A stretch of 39,810 nt of DNA, from IMG/VR virus record IMGVR_UViG_3300025635_000056, positions 1 to 39,810 of that record. One strand, 5' to 3'. Below the pieces are notes generated by a model. That model was not told the DNA's origin. It was given only the letters and a program-made list of their open reading frames with translations, and did no database searches. This document shows, in pieces, positions 32,520 to 39,810 of the stretch. Positions within the stretch are counted from its first letter, which is position 1. Every line of letters starts with the position of its first letter. Origin of the DNA: a virus. Its lineage: Duplodnaviria; Caudoviricetes. A program made the translations under genes and the position numbers.

Positions 32520-34402
32520 GTGCGGACTCCCAGCAACATTCGGCGCGAGCGTCCATCGCCCTGCCCCTGCACTTCATCTACGTAGGTCTCAGCGCGCAGC
32601 AACTCGTCGAACCGCTCGACGTAGCTGTCCGCGTGGCGGTACCAGTGCACCTCGACGTCGCGCTCCTGCCCCTCGCGGTGCGTGCGCCCGAGCAGCTGCT
32701 CAACAGGCACCTTGCGAGGGTAGTTCGCTACCAGGTTTCGGTGCCATCGGTCCTGCAAATTCTTCCCGGTGCCGTGCGCCTCGATAGAGGCGACGATGCT
32801 GCGCCCACCAGGCTCGGCTTTGATTTCGGCGTCCATGCCGCCGCGGTAGTGAGGTAGCCGCCCGAGCTGCGCGACGCGCTCGCCGAACGCGGCGTGGTCG
32901 TACCATACGATGCCGTGCTCGCCGCGCGCGTTAGCCCACTCCGCAGCGTCAGCCGCGAGAAAATCATCGACCCACTCGGCGCGCGTCTCATGCACAACCG
33001 CGTTCTGCCACACCCGCCACTGAGGCCAGTGCTCTGAGGGCCACACGGGCAGCGGCCCGCGGCTCGAGTGCGGCGCCTCTCGGAACATTCGCCCCCCGCC
33101 TGCGTCCCACTCGTAGCCGTCGTGCCACCGGGTCGCAGCCTCCGCGAACAGGTGCGGCGAGTCCATCCCCTCGCGGCGTCGCGCCATCGCGTCGGCGAGC
33201 TCGGTGCGGTACGCGGTCCGCACGGCGAACCACTGGTCGATGATGGCGCGAGGCTCACCACGTGGGAAATACCAGTAGTAGTAGAACCCGGCGGCGAGCT
33301 GCTGCAGGCAAGCCGCCTTGCGCATCCCGTCGAGGAAAATCTCGCCGTCGGGCCTGGTGCCTCCGGGGCGAGCAGTCTGCGCGATGAGCGCGCGCACCCG
33401 CGCAGGCACCTCGACGGTGCGCGCGTGGAAGTAGAGTGACGCGTCGACCGCGATTTCGTTGGTGGAGATGACGCCAGGGGTCTCCACGCGCCGCCGACGG
33501 AAGCCTTGCCGAACCGACTCGCCCGGCGCACAGAGTACCTGCAGCGCTCCAGGCTCGGACTGGACAGCGTCACCGCGAGGCGAGTCGATGGCAGCGGCCC
33601 ACGAGGCCAGCGTGTTCGTCTCCCGCGGCACAGGTGACTGGTCGCGCAGTGCGAGCGCGAACGAATGAGCGAATTCGAGGATGCTCTGGCGAGTCGCGGT
33701 GCCGCTGTGGTGGCAGTGAATGGCATTGGGGAACGCGCCGCACGCCGCGAAAAAACGGGTCGAGCGCGTCGACATCGCGGCCTTGGTGGCTGCACGCTTG
33801 ATGTTGTGGGACTCGTCGAGAATGAACAGGTCCGGCCGGATACGTCCGAGCTCTGTGGCGGCGCTCGGATGACCTAGTTTCGAGTAGCTCATCACCTCGA
33901 GCACCGGCCGGCCCGCTCTAAACTCGGAGTGCCCCACCAGGTTGGGCAGCCGGAAGTGCTGGCTCCAGCGCTCGTAGTCGTGCTGGATTTGGTGGACCAG
34001 CGAGGCGGGCACCAGCAGCAGCGCGACTCGACACGGGACGACCATCGGCAGGAGCAGGTCGATTCCTGTTTTCCCGCCGCCTACGGCAATCTCGCCGACT
34101 ACGCCGCGCATCTCCGGGCCCCCTAGCTGAGCCTCCCGGAGATACGCGGCCTGAATCGGCAGCAGTCGCCTGATGCAGCGGGGCGAGCCATCCTGGCGCA
34201 CGCCGTACAGCTCAGCACAGCGGCACGGCAAGGCGGCGTCGTTCTCGCGCAGCAGAAACGACGTCATCCGCTCGACCTCAGCATCGAGCCACGCCCGCGC
34301 CTCGGGGCTCGAGGTCGAGGCTCTCCGCGGGAGCGCGACGATGCGCCGCAGCTCCTCGGAGTCAGTAGGCGCTGGCGCCTGTCCGTGCTGCTGCCAAGTC
34401 AC
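32510..34402 (-). CDS. Superfamily 2 helicase
   Basis: VGGGKT, ILDESH, HSGT, GTGKNLQ and EQLLGRTHREGQ motifs. Confidence 0.9.
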   Translation of the reverse strand: MTWQQHGQAPAPTDSEELRRIVALPRRASTSSPEARAWLDAEVERMTSFLLRENDAALPCRCAELYGVRQDGSPRCIRRLLPIQAAYLREAQLGGPEMRGVVGEIAVGGGKTGIDLLLPMVVPCRVALLLVPASLVHQIQHDYERWSQHFRLPNLVGHSEFRAGRPVLEVMSYSKLGHPSAATELGRIRPDLFILDESHNIKRAATKAAMSTRSTRFFAACGAFPNAIHCHHSGTATRQSILEFAHSFALALRDQSPVPRETNTLASWAAAIDSPRGDAVQSEPGALQVLCAPGESVRQGFRRRRVETPGVISTNEIAVDASLYFHARTVEVPARVRALIAQTARPGGTRPDGEIFLDGMRKAACLQQLAAGFYYYWYFPRGEPRAIIDQWFAVRTAYRTELADAMARRREGMDSPHLFAEAATRWHDGYEWDAGGGRMFREAPHSSRGPLPVWPSEHWPQWRVWQNAVVHETRAEWVDDFLAADAAEWANARGEHGIVWYDHAAFGERVAQLGRLPHYRGGMDAEIKAEPGGRSIVASIEAHGTGKNLQDRWHRNLVANYPRKVPVEQLLGRTHREGQERDVEVHWYRHADSYVERFDELLRAETYVDEVQGQGDGRSRRMLLGVRTWE

Positions 34403-34566
34403 CGCTTCTTGACCTTCGCAGCCTTTGGCGCGGCGGTACGCTGCGCCTGCCGCAACGAGTTCTCGAGTGCCGAGATCTGGTACTTCATTTCATCGACGCT
34501 GCGTTGCAGCCTGCGGCAGGTGGCACACTCCTCCGCAGGCTTCGTCGACTTGGTCTCCTCGCTCAC
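34399..34566 (-). CDS. Unannotated 55-aa CxxC/coiled-coil protein
   Basis: MSEETKSTKPAEECATCRRLQRSVDEMKYQISALENSLRQAQRTAAPKAAKVKKR; GTGA overlaps at both ends. Confidence 0.7.
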   Translation of the reverse strand: MSEETKSTKPAEECATCRRLQRSVDEMKYQISALENSLRQAQRTAAPKAAKVKKR

Positions 34567-36347
34567 GAGCCCCTCACGACGCGCTCGGGGGGCAACAGGC
34601 GCGCGAGCTCAATCGCGACGATCGTCGCGTACTCCGAACCGCCGTGCACGAAGTACGCGCCAGGGGGAGGCGGGCGCGCGGCGACCGCCATGGCGAGGAT
34701 AGAGCGCCAGCGGTCGAATGCCAGCGGATGGTTGCGGTCGCTCTCACCGCTCGCGGTACGCGGGGTGAGGCGCAGGTCCTTCGCTCCGGTCTTGGTGCAG
34801 AGGTCCGCGACCAGGCCCGACACGTAGTCGTCGAGGCGAACCGCGCCAGCGTCGGGGCGGCACCCGATGTAGAGCGTCACGCCTGCGAGCGGTTCGGTCG
34901 ACGGCTGCGGCATGGAGGGCTGAGCCTGCGCGGTCGGAGCGGAGGCGGTCGGGGGTACGAACACCGACGGCTCGGGCTGCGGCGGGGGCGCCAGCTGCGG
35001 CTGCTCAGCGGCCTTGGCCTTGCGCTCCTTGCGAGGCTTCGGCACCTCGAGCGGCGGCAGCGGAGCGCTCGAGGTGAGCGGGTTGCTCTGGGGCGCGTCG
35101 GGCGGCAGCACGCTTGCCGTGGGTCGGGCCTCGAACGTCCCCGCCGGGAACGACGCCGTCCCCTCGGCTGGGCGGGGCTGCTGAGGAGGCTGAGCCACCT
35201 CGAACAACAGGTCGTCAGGGCCGACGACAGTCAGCTTCCCCTCGGCATCGCGCAGCTGCGCAGTGCCGGCGGGGTAGACGGCGGTGCAGAGACCGACCTT
35301 GCCGGTCGCCGGGGCGAAGTAGTTCTTGCCTACCTGCGCGGCGCGGGCCTGACACCAGCCAGGCGGCAATGCCTGCGCGGGCGGTTGCGTCGGGGCGGGA
35401 GCCGCGGGCGGCGGTGGGGGAGGGGGCGGAGGAGCGGGCTGCGTCGGCGCCTCCACGGGGAACAATCCTGCGAGGGGGTCGGTCATTGGGTCGCTTTCGT
35501 CGCGCCACACGAGTCTGTTGATTGGACTGCGCGGGCAGCGCTGCGCGTAGTCACAGCCACCGTAGTTGCCGCAGTGGCTCGGGTTGTGGTCGACGTTGAG
35601 CGGGTCGGTCTCACGTGCGGTGCGCACGCCAATCTCATGCAGTCGTGGCGTTACTGTTTGCCACAGGTCGCGAGCAGCGTCAAGCGCCAGCGACGGCGCG
35701 ACGACGGGGACGCACGCTGGCTTGCCAACCGTCTTGTAGTAGAGGTGGACCGACAGCACGCGGCTCGCACTGTCCGCGAATCGGTTGGCGAGGGCAGTGG
35801 CGTAACCCACCATCTGCAGCCCGTGCTCGGTGGTCGGGTCGTTGAGCGCCTCGGGCTGCGGAGCGTACCGTCCGGGGTCCTTCGAAAATTTGTGGTCGAT
35901 GACTACGACCGTACCGGGCTCAACCTCAGGACCGCCTGGCCACGCCTCACCGCCGGCGCCGACCCAGCGCCAGTCAACGACGTCGACGTAGCCGTCCATC
36001 GGCACGGTGCCGACGTGCAGCGGCGTGTTCTCCGGGATGAACGCGGTCCGCCGATGCGTGCCGTCGAACCGCCGCTCAATCCACACCTCCTCGGCTCGCG
36101 CAGGTGGCAGGTACGGAAGGCCTACGCGCGCCATCGGAGACAGCACGTCCTGCCCCTCAGTGAGCGTGTGCTCGATTTGCCGGTGCCCCTCGATGCCGAC
36201 AATCTGCCCTTTCTTGGGGGCGCGCGGGACCTGCTGCACCTTGTCCCACCACCACGCGAGCGGGCACGCGGAGAGTGTCTTGAGCTGGGACACGCTAGCC
36301 TGACGCCAGACGCCGTCCACCACCGAACGATTGCGGTGCTCGGTCAC
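34563..36347 (-). CDS. Cas4/RecB-like PD-(D/E)XK nuclease with a Pro-rich linker and extra C-terminal domain
   Basis: SVSQLK...CP, GYVD, VIDHK, QMVGYA and the CGNYGGCDYAQRC cysteine cluster. Confidence 0.85.
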   Translation of the reverse strand: MTEHRNRSVVDGVWRQASVSQLKTLSACPLAWWWDKVQQVPRAPKKGQIVGIEGHRQIEHTLTEGQDVLSPMARVGLPYLPPARAEEVWIERRFDGTHRRTAFIPENTPLHVGTVPMDGYVDVVDWRWVGAGGEAWPGGPEVEPGTVVVIDHKFSKDPGRYAPQPEALNDPTTEHGLQMVGYATALANRFADSASRVLSVHLYYKTVGKPACVPVVAPSLALDAARDLWQTVTPRLHEIGVRTARETDPLNVDHNPSHCGNYGGCDYAQRCPRSPINRLVWRDESDPMTDPLAGLFPVEAPTQPAPPPPPPPPPAAPAPTQPPAQALPPGWCQARAAQVGKNYFAPATGKVGLCTAVYPAGTAQLRDAEGKLTVVGPDDLLFEVAQPPQQPRPAEGTASFPAGTFEARPTASVLPPDAPQSNPLTSSAPLPPLEVPKPRKERKAKAAEQPQLAPPPQPEPSVFVPPTASAPTAQAQPSMPQPSTEPLAGVTLYIGCRPDAGAVRLDDYVSGLVADLCTKTGAKDLRLTPRTASGESDRNHPLAFDRWRSILAMAVAARPPPPGAYFVHGGSEYATIVAIELARLLPPERVVRGS

Positions 36348-36643
36348 CAGCGCACCGAGATCGTCCAGTGGAACAGCGATGGGTCCTCGCTCGTCTCAGC
36401 GCCGAAACCGTCTGCACGCAACGCCCCTGCGACCTGGCGAGCGAGGTCGCCCTGGTCCGAGCGACAGCGGATTGCTACTGCCCGTCGCCCCTGGCTCGCG
36501 GCCTCGTGAATGTCCTGTCTGGCACTCGTGTAGAGGCGCTCGAGAGCTCGTTTCTGCTGCGTCTCAGACAGTGCGCGCATCTCGTCGGCGTACCGCGCTC
36601 GTGGCCGCAGTGACGGGAACAGCCGGGTAATTGCGCTCGTCAC
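36344..36643 (-). CDS. Hypothetical protein (99 aa)
   Basis: GTGA-coupled on both sides; IHEAASQG...LRADGF...ISVRW. Confidence 0.65.
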   Translation of the reverse strand: MTSAITRLFPSLRPRARYADEMRALSETQQKRALERLYTSARQDIHEAASQGRRAVAIRCRSDQGDLARQVAGALRADGFGAETSEDPSLFHWTISVRW

Positions 36644-37191
36644 AGTGGCACCTCCGGAATGCGCGACCGGATAATGTCGCAGATGTCTCGCCCGGCGTAG
36701 GCGGCGGCATAGGCGGCGTTGGCGGCGGCGCGGACGGCAGCGTAGGTGCCATAGGCGGCGGCGGCGTCGGCGGCGTAGGCGGCGGCGCGGGCGGCGCGGG
36801 CGGCGGCGCGGGCGGCGGCGCGGGCGGCGCGGGCGGCGGCATAGGCGGCGGCATAGGCGGCGGCATAGGCGGCATAGGCGGCGGTGCAAGTCACCTCACT
36901 CGGTGCGTCGGCCCACGCTAGTGCCGCCTCGATGGCCCGTGCGGACGCGTCGCGCAGCGCGCCTGGTGGGATGAGGTGTTGCGCCGACAGTGCGATGTCC
37001 GCTGCGACACGCACCAGCGTCACCTGGGTAGCGGTGCCTCGTCCTGCCAGCCACAGCATCCAGTCCGGCCGCTCGCAGCGCAGCCACAGCTCCTGCGCCG
37101 TCGACTCGACGGGCTGCGCCTGCACCCAGAGGGTTGCATCGTCGCAGGCGTTGTGGTCCGCCATCCACTGCAACAGCTCGTCTCTCGTCAT
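36640..37191 (-). CDS. Ala/Tyr-repeat protein, copy B
   Basis: Close paralog of 28581-29189 with the same N-terminus, C-terminus and RBS context. Confidence 0.8.
   Translation of the reverse strand: MTRDELLQWMADHNACDDATLWVQAQPVESTAQELWLRCERPDWMLWLAGRGTATQVTLVRVAADIALSAQHLIPPGALRDASARAIEAALAWADAPSEVTCTAAYAAYAAAYAAAYAAARAARAAARAAARAARAAAYAADAAAAYGTYAAVRAAANAAYAAAYAGRDICDIIRSRIPEVPL
36693..36883 (-). repeat. Coding low-complexity tandem repeat (GCC/TAT/TAC/CGC codons)
   Basis: GGCGGC runs with ATA, GTA and GCG interruptions. Confidence 0.9.
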
Positions 37192-37213
37192 TTGTGGTCG
37201 CTCCGTTGTGCTT

Positions 37214-39487
37214 TTACTGTTTATCTGATTTCTGCGAGACGCGCAACCCCCCTGGCACCATCCATCGGCTCGTGCGACCTCGCTGGGCTCGCTGCAGGCC
37301 GATGCCCCTCAGCACCTCCGATACGGTCCGCGCATGTCGAGGCACGTTCTCGACACTCATCTCGAGCGCCAGCTGGCAGACCTCGCGTAGTGTCACGTGC
37401 TCTCGTCCGTCGCGCACCAGCCAGGAGACGATTGCCTCGCGCCATGCCTCGGTCGTGTCGCTCGTGTGGTCGTTCGCCACGAGTTTTGCGGCCTCGTACT
37501 CGGCGTCGGTGAGCCACCACAGGCACTCTGTCCGAGCAGCCACGCCTGCGTCGTATGCAACGACAGCCTCAGCCCAGAGCTGCTCGCGGTCGGCGCGCAG
37601 TGCAGTTAGGTCGATGACGCCGGCAATCACCACGGGCCAGTACCGCCGATTGCCTGTCGGGTCGCTGAGGTAGTCGTTGCGGTTGGTCGACCCGGCAAAC
37701 ACGCATGTCCGGGGGAGGTCGATCATTGCCTCCTCATAGAGGCGACGCACATGCTCCACGTCGCGCGTGAAAAAACCCTTCTGGGCGTCGTGGTCGTTCC
37801 GACTCAGCGAGCTCAGCTCGGCGAGCTCGATGATCCACTTACTCGTCGTGACGCGCGGCATATTGGGGTGGTCGATCCCGATGGCGGTATCCGTGAACCA
37901 CTCGCGTTGCAGCGCCAGCATCTCAAGGCTCGAGGATTTGCCAGCGTTCTGTTCGCCGCCCAGCACCAGCACGTTTTGCACTTTGCAGCCCGGGTTCATC
38001 GCGCGCGCCACCGCAGCGAGCAGCCATTTCCTCGACACGGCCGTGAGGTACAGCGACAGGTCCGTGCCGTCGTCGAGCCGCTCAGCGACGCTCAGATAGC
38101 GGCGCAACCAGGTGTTGATACGCGGCGTCCCGTCCCAGACGAGCGAGCGCAGCCGCTCCTGCAGCGGATGGTACACGCGCTGATGAGCCACGGTCCACAT
38201 CGCCTCGCGGCAGTCGCCAGCTGACGGGTTAAGGCGATGGAACGGGTCGGGCGCCAGGCCGAGCGCGGTGCGAACAGCGCTCACATGCTCTCGCTGGACA
38301 GCTACGCCTCTCAGTTCCATCTGCCCGGTCATCGCGTTGTAGGCCAGTTCGTGGCCGTAGCGGGCGCTGACTGCGAGCATCGTGTTCGCGAACGTTTGTT
38401 TTGCCCGCCCCTTCCCGTCCGAATCAAAAACCGGCTCGGGAGCATCCTGCGGTGGGGAGCCCTCCGACTCCTGCTCGGGCGCTGGCGGCATCAGCGTGTT
38501 GACTACAATCTGCTGCGCGGTGGCCTCGTGCCTCCGCTCCGTAGCTGTCGAGGCGGCGTAGCCCCGCATCTTTTTTTCCAGCTGCGCGCGCCAGTGCTCG
38601 TAGCCCTGCGGCGCGTGGTCCATCGCTGAGAGGGACTCGCGGCACAGCTCCAGCCGTGCCTCGACGGGTACGCCATCCGGCAGCACAGCAGCCATCAGCC
38701 CGGTGAGGTGCAGGATGGCTCGGTCCCTCGACTCCGCGTCGGCGAGCGCCCCCACCCGCTGCGCGGGGCTGTACCCTAGCGGCTCGCCCCCAAGGACACG
38801 GGCGATGAGTGCCGCGTGTGCTGGATTCACGACTGCGCGCAGTCGCGCTCTCAGCGCATCGAGCTCGACGACTGGTGACTCGCTGAGCGACTGCGGCGCG
38901 CTGAGCGCGACGACCGGCGCTGCCGGTGACAGCCGCACCTCGAGCACCGTGCCGGTGTGATGCAGCGTCCACGGCGCTACGTCGGCGGGGTGCGACGGGA
39001 GGAAATAGATGCGGCTCAGGTCGCGGAGCTCGTCGACCGGCAGTGCCCACTGAGCGAGTTGCTGCGCTCGCCAGTCTCGCCACTGCGCAGCCGGGATCTC
39101 TTGCGAGAGCGGCAGCACCACGCGCAGGCTCACGCGCCCGCTGTCCGGGCGGTGGGCGTGCGTCGAGTGCGCCACGTACTCGTAGGGCTCGAGTACGCTG
39201 AGCGCTCGTCGCACGTCAGCGGGGCTCACCTCGTCGAGGTCCAGCACCAGCGCGGTGACAGCCTCGACAGCTCCGTTACCGCGCTGAGCCCCCTCTCGCA
39301 GTGCCACAGGGCTCCACGCGATAGTCTCTAACTTCCCGGGATGCGGATCGTGGCCGAGGCAAGAGCCGTCGTCGACTCGACAGGCGGCGGCGCGAGGTGT
39401 GGTGAGGAGCTCGGCAACGCGCGACCACTCCCAGTCCAGGCGCGCAGCAGTGGTGGAGCGCACGTCCCGGTAGATGGCTAGTCGCAT
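37214..39487 (-). CDS. Primase (AEP-like) fused to a VapE-type helicase/ATPase
   Basis: LVLDLD, AHSTHAH and LRVVLPL; HPLQE...WDG.PR, GEQNAGKS, IIELAEL and DPTGNRRYW. Confidence 0.9.
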   Translation of the reverse strand: MRLAIYRDVRSTTAARLDWEWSRVAELLTTPRAAACRVDDGSCLGHDPHPGKLETIAWSPVALREGAQRGNGAVEAVTALVLDLDEVSPADVRRALSVLEPYEYVAHSTHAHRPDSGRVSLRVVLPLSQEIPAAQWRDWRAQQLAQWALPVDELRDLSRIYFLPSHPADVAPWTLHHTGTVLEVRLSPAAPVVALSAPQSLSESPVVELDALRARLRAVVNPAHAALIARVLGGEPLGYSPAQRVGALADAESRDRAILHLTGLMAAVLPDGVPVEARLELCRESLSAMDHAPQGYEHWRAQLEKKMRGYAASTATERRHEATAQQIVVNTLMPPAPEQESEGSPPQDAPEPVFDSDGKGRAKQTFANTMLAVSARYGHELAYNAMTGQMELRGVAVQREHVSAVRTALGLAPDPFHRLNPSAGDCREAMWTVAHQRVYHPLQERLRSLVWDGTPRINTWLRRYLSVAERLDDGTDLSLYLTAVSRKWLLAAVARAMNPGCKVQNVLVLGGEQNAGKSSSLEMLALQREWFTDTAIGIDHPNMPRVTTSKWIIELAELSSLSRNDHDAQKGFFTRDVEHVRRLYEEAMIDLPRTCVFAGSTNRNDYLSDPTGNRRYWPVVIAGVIDLTALRADREQLWAEAVVAYDAGVAARTECLWWLTDAEYEAAKLVANDHTSDTTEAWREAIVSWLVRDGREHVTLREVCQLALEMSVENVPRHARTVSEVLRGIGLQRAQRGRTSRWMVPGGLRVSQKSDKQ

Positions 39488-39499
39488 GCCGCCGGGAAA

Positions 39500-39760
39500 C
39501 TACATCGCCTCGGGCGCGTCCGTCAACGCGCTCGGCACGATGTTGCGGACGTCGAGCCAGACGCTGGACCCTTCGAGCTGCACCGCACCGTGACGCACGC
39601 GACTGACCATGCGAGGCCCTGCGCCTGTCGCCAGTGGCTGGCCGACGTAGCCGCAGGGCTCACCGCGCATTGCCGCGTAGGCCTGCGCGAGGAGAAGCGC
39701 GCCTCGCGCTGAGCGCGCGTAGCCGATGACGCCACACCCCGCGCCGCCACCTGTGGCCAC
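39500..39760 (-). CDS. Hypothetical protein (start uncertain, near the window edge)
   Basis: Same strand as, and adjacent to, the primase gene. Confidence 0.35.
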   Translation of the reverse strand: MATGGGAGCGVIGYARSARGALLLAQAYAAMRGEPCGYVGQPLATGAGPRMVSRVRHGAVQLEGSSVWLDVRNIVPSALTDAPEAM

Positions 39761-39810
39761 GTCGCCGCTCTGTGGGTCCCACGCGACGCGCCTTGTCGGG
39801 GTGGTGGCGA

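Noticed and set aside
34563-36347. CRISPR-Cas adaptation module suggested by the Cas4-like nuclease
   Set aside because: No cas1/cas2 or array; such nucleases are common in phage replication modules.
1-39810. Lysogeny module or host assignment
   Set aside because: No integrase, att site or host genes are seen. Lifestyle and host cannot be established from this window; a GC-rich diderm host is only suggested by the lipoproteins and lysis genes.

Overview
This GC-rich window is most or all of a tailed dsDNA phage genome of siphovirus type; no integrase, tRNA, CRISPR array or reverse transcriptase is visible. The rightward arm (1-19.5 kb) is morphogenesis: terminase, a fused portal/Mu-F protein, Mu-like protease/scaffold, capsid, neck, two tail-tube paralogs, a frameshifted chaperone, tape measure, Dit-like and hub/RBP genes. 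A short rightward lysis block lies at 22.4-25.0 kb. The leftward arm encodes primase-VapE, a Cas4/RecB-like nuclease, an SF2 helicase, a putative SSB, family A polymerase, MazG, a RuvC-like resolvase, a beta-clamp-like protein and two DNA-modification genes. The most unusual observations are: (1) three signal-peptide-bearing, even-cysteine, fibre-like proteins inside the head module; (2) DNA-modification genes sitting as direct-repeat-flanked cassettes at convergent junctions; (3) the peptide DPLAGLF shared by the SSB tail and the nuclease; (4) an unannotated 51-aa (YGPP)x3 lipopeptide; (5) a recurring TTACTRTTT promoter/operator motif; (6) twin Ala/Tyr-repeat genes bracketing the replication module. 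All family calls are from visual motif recognition, not database searches.
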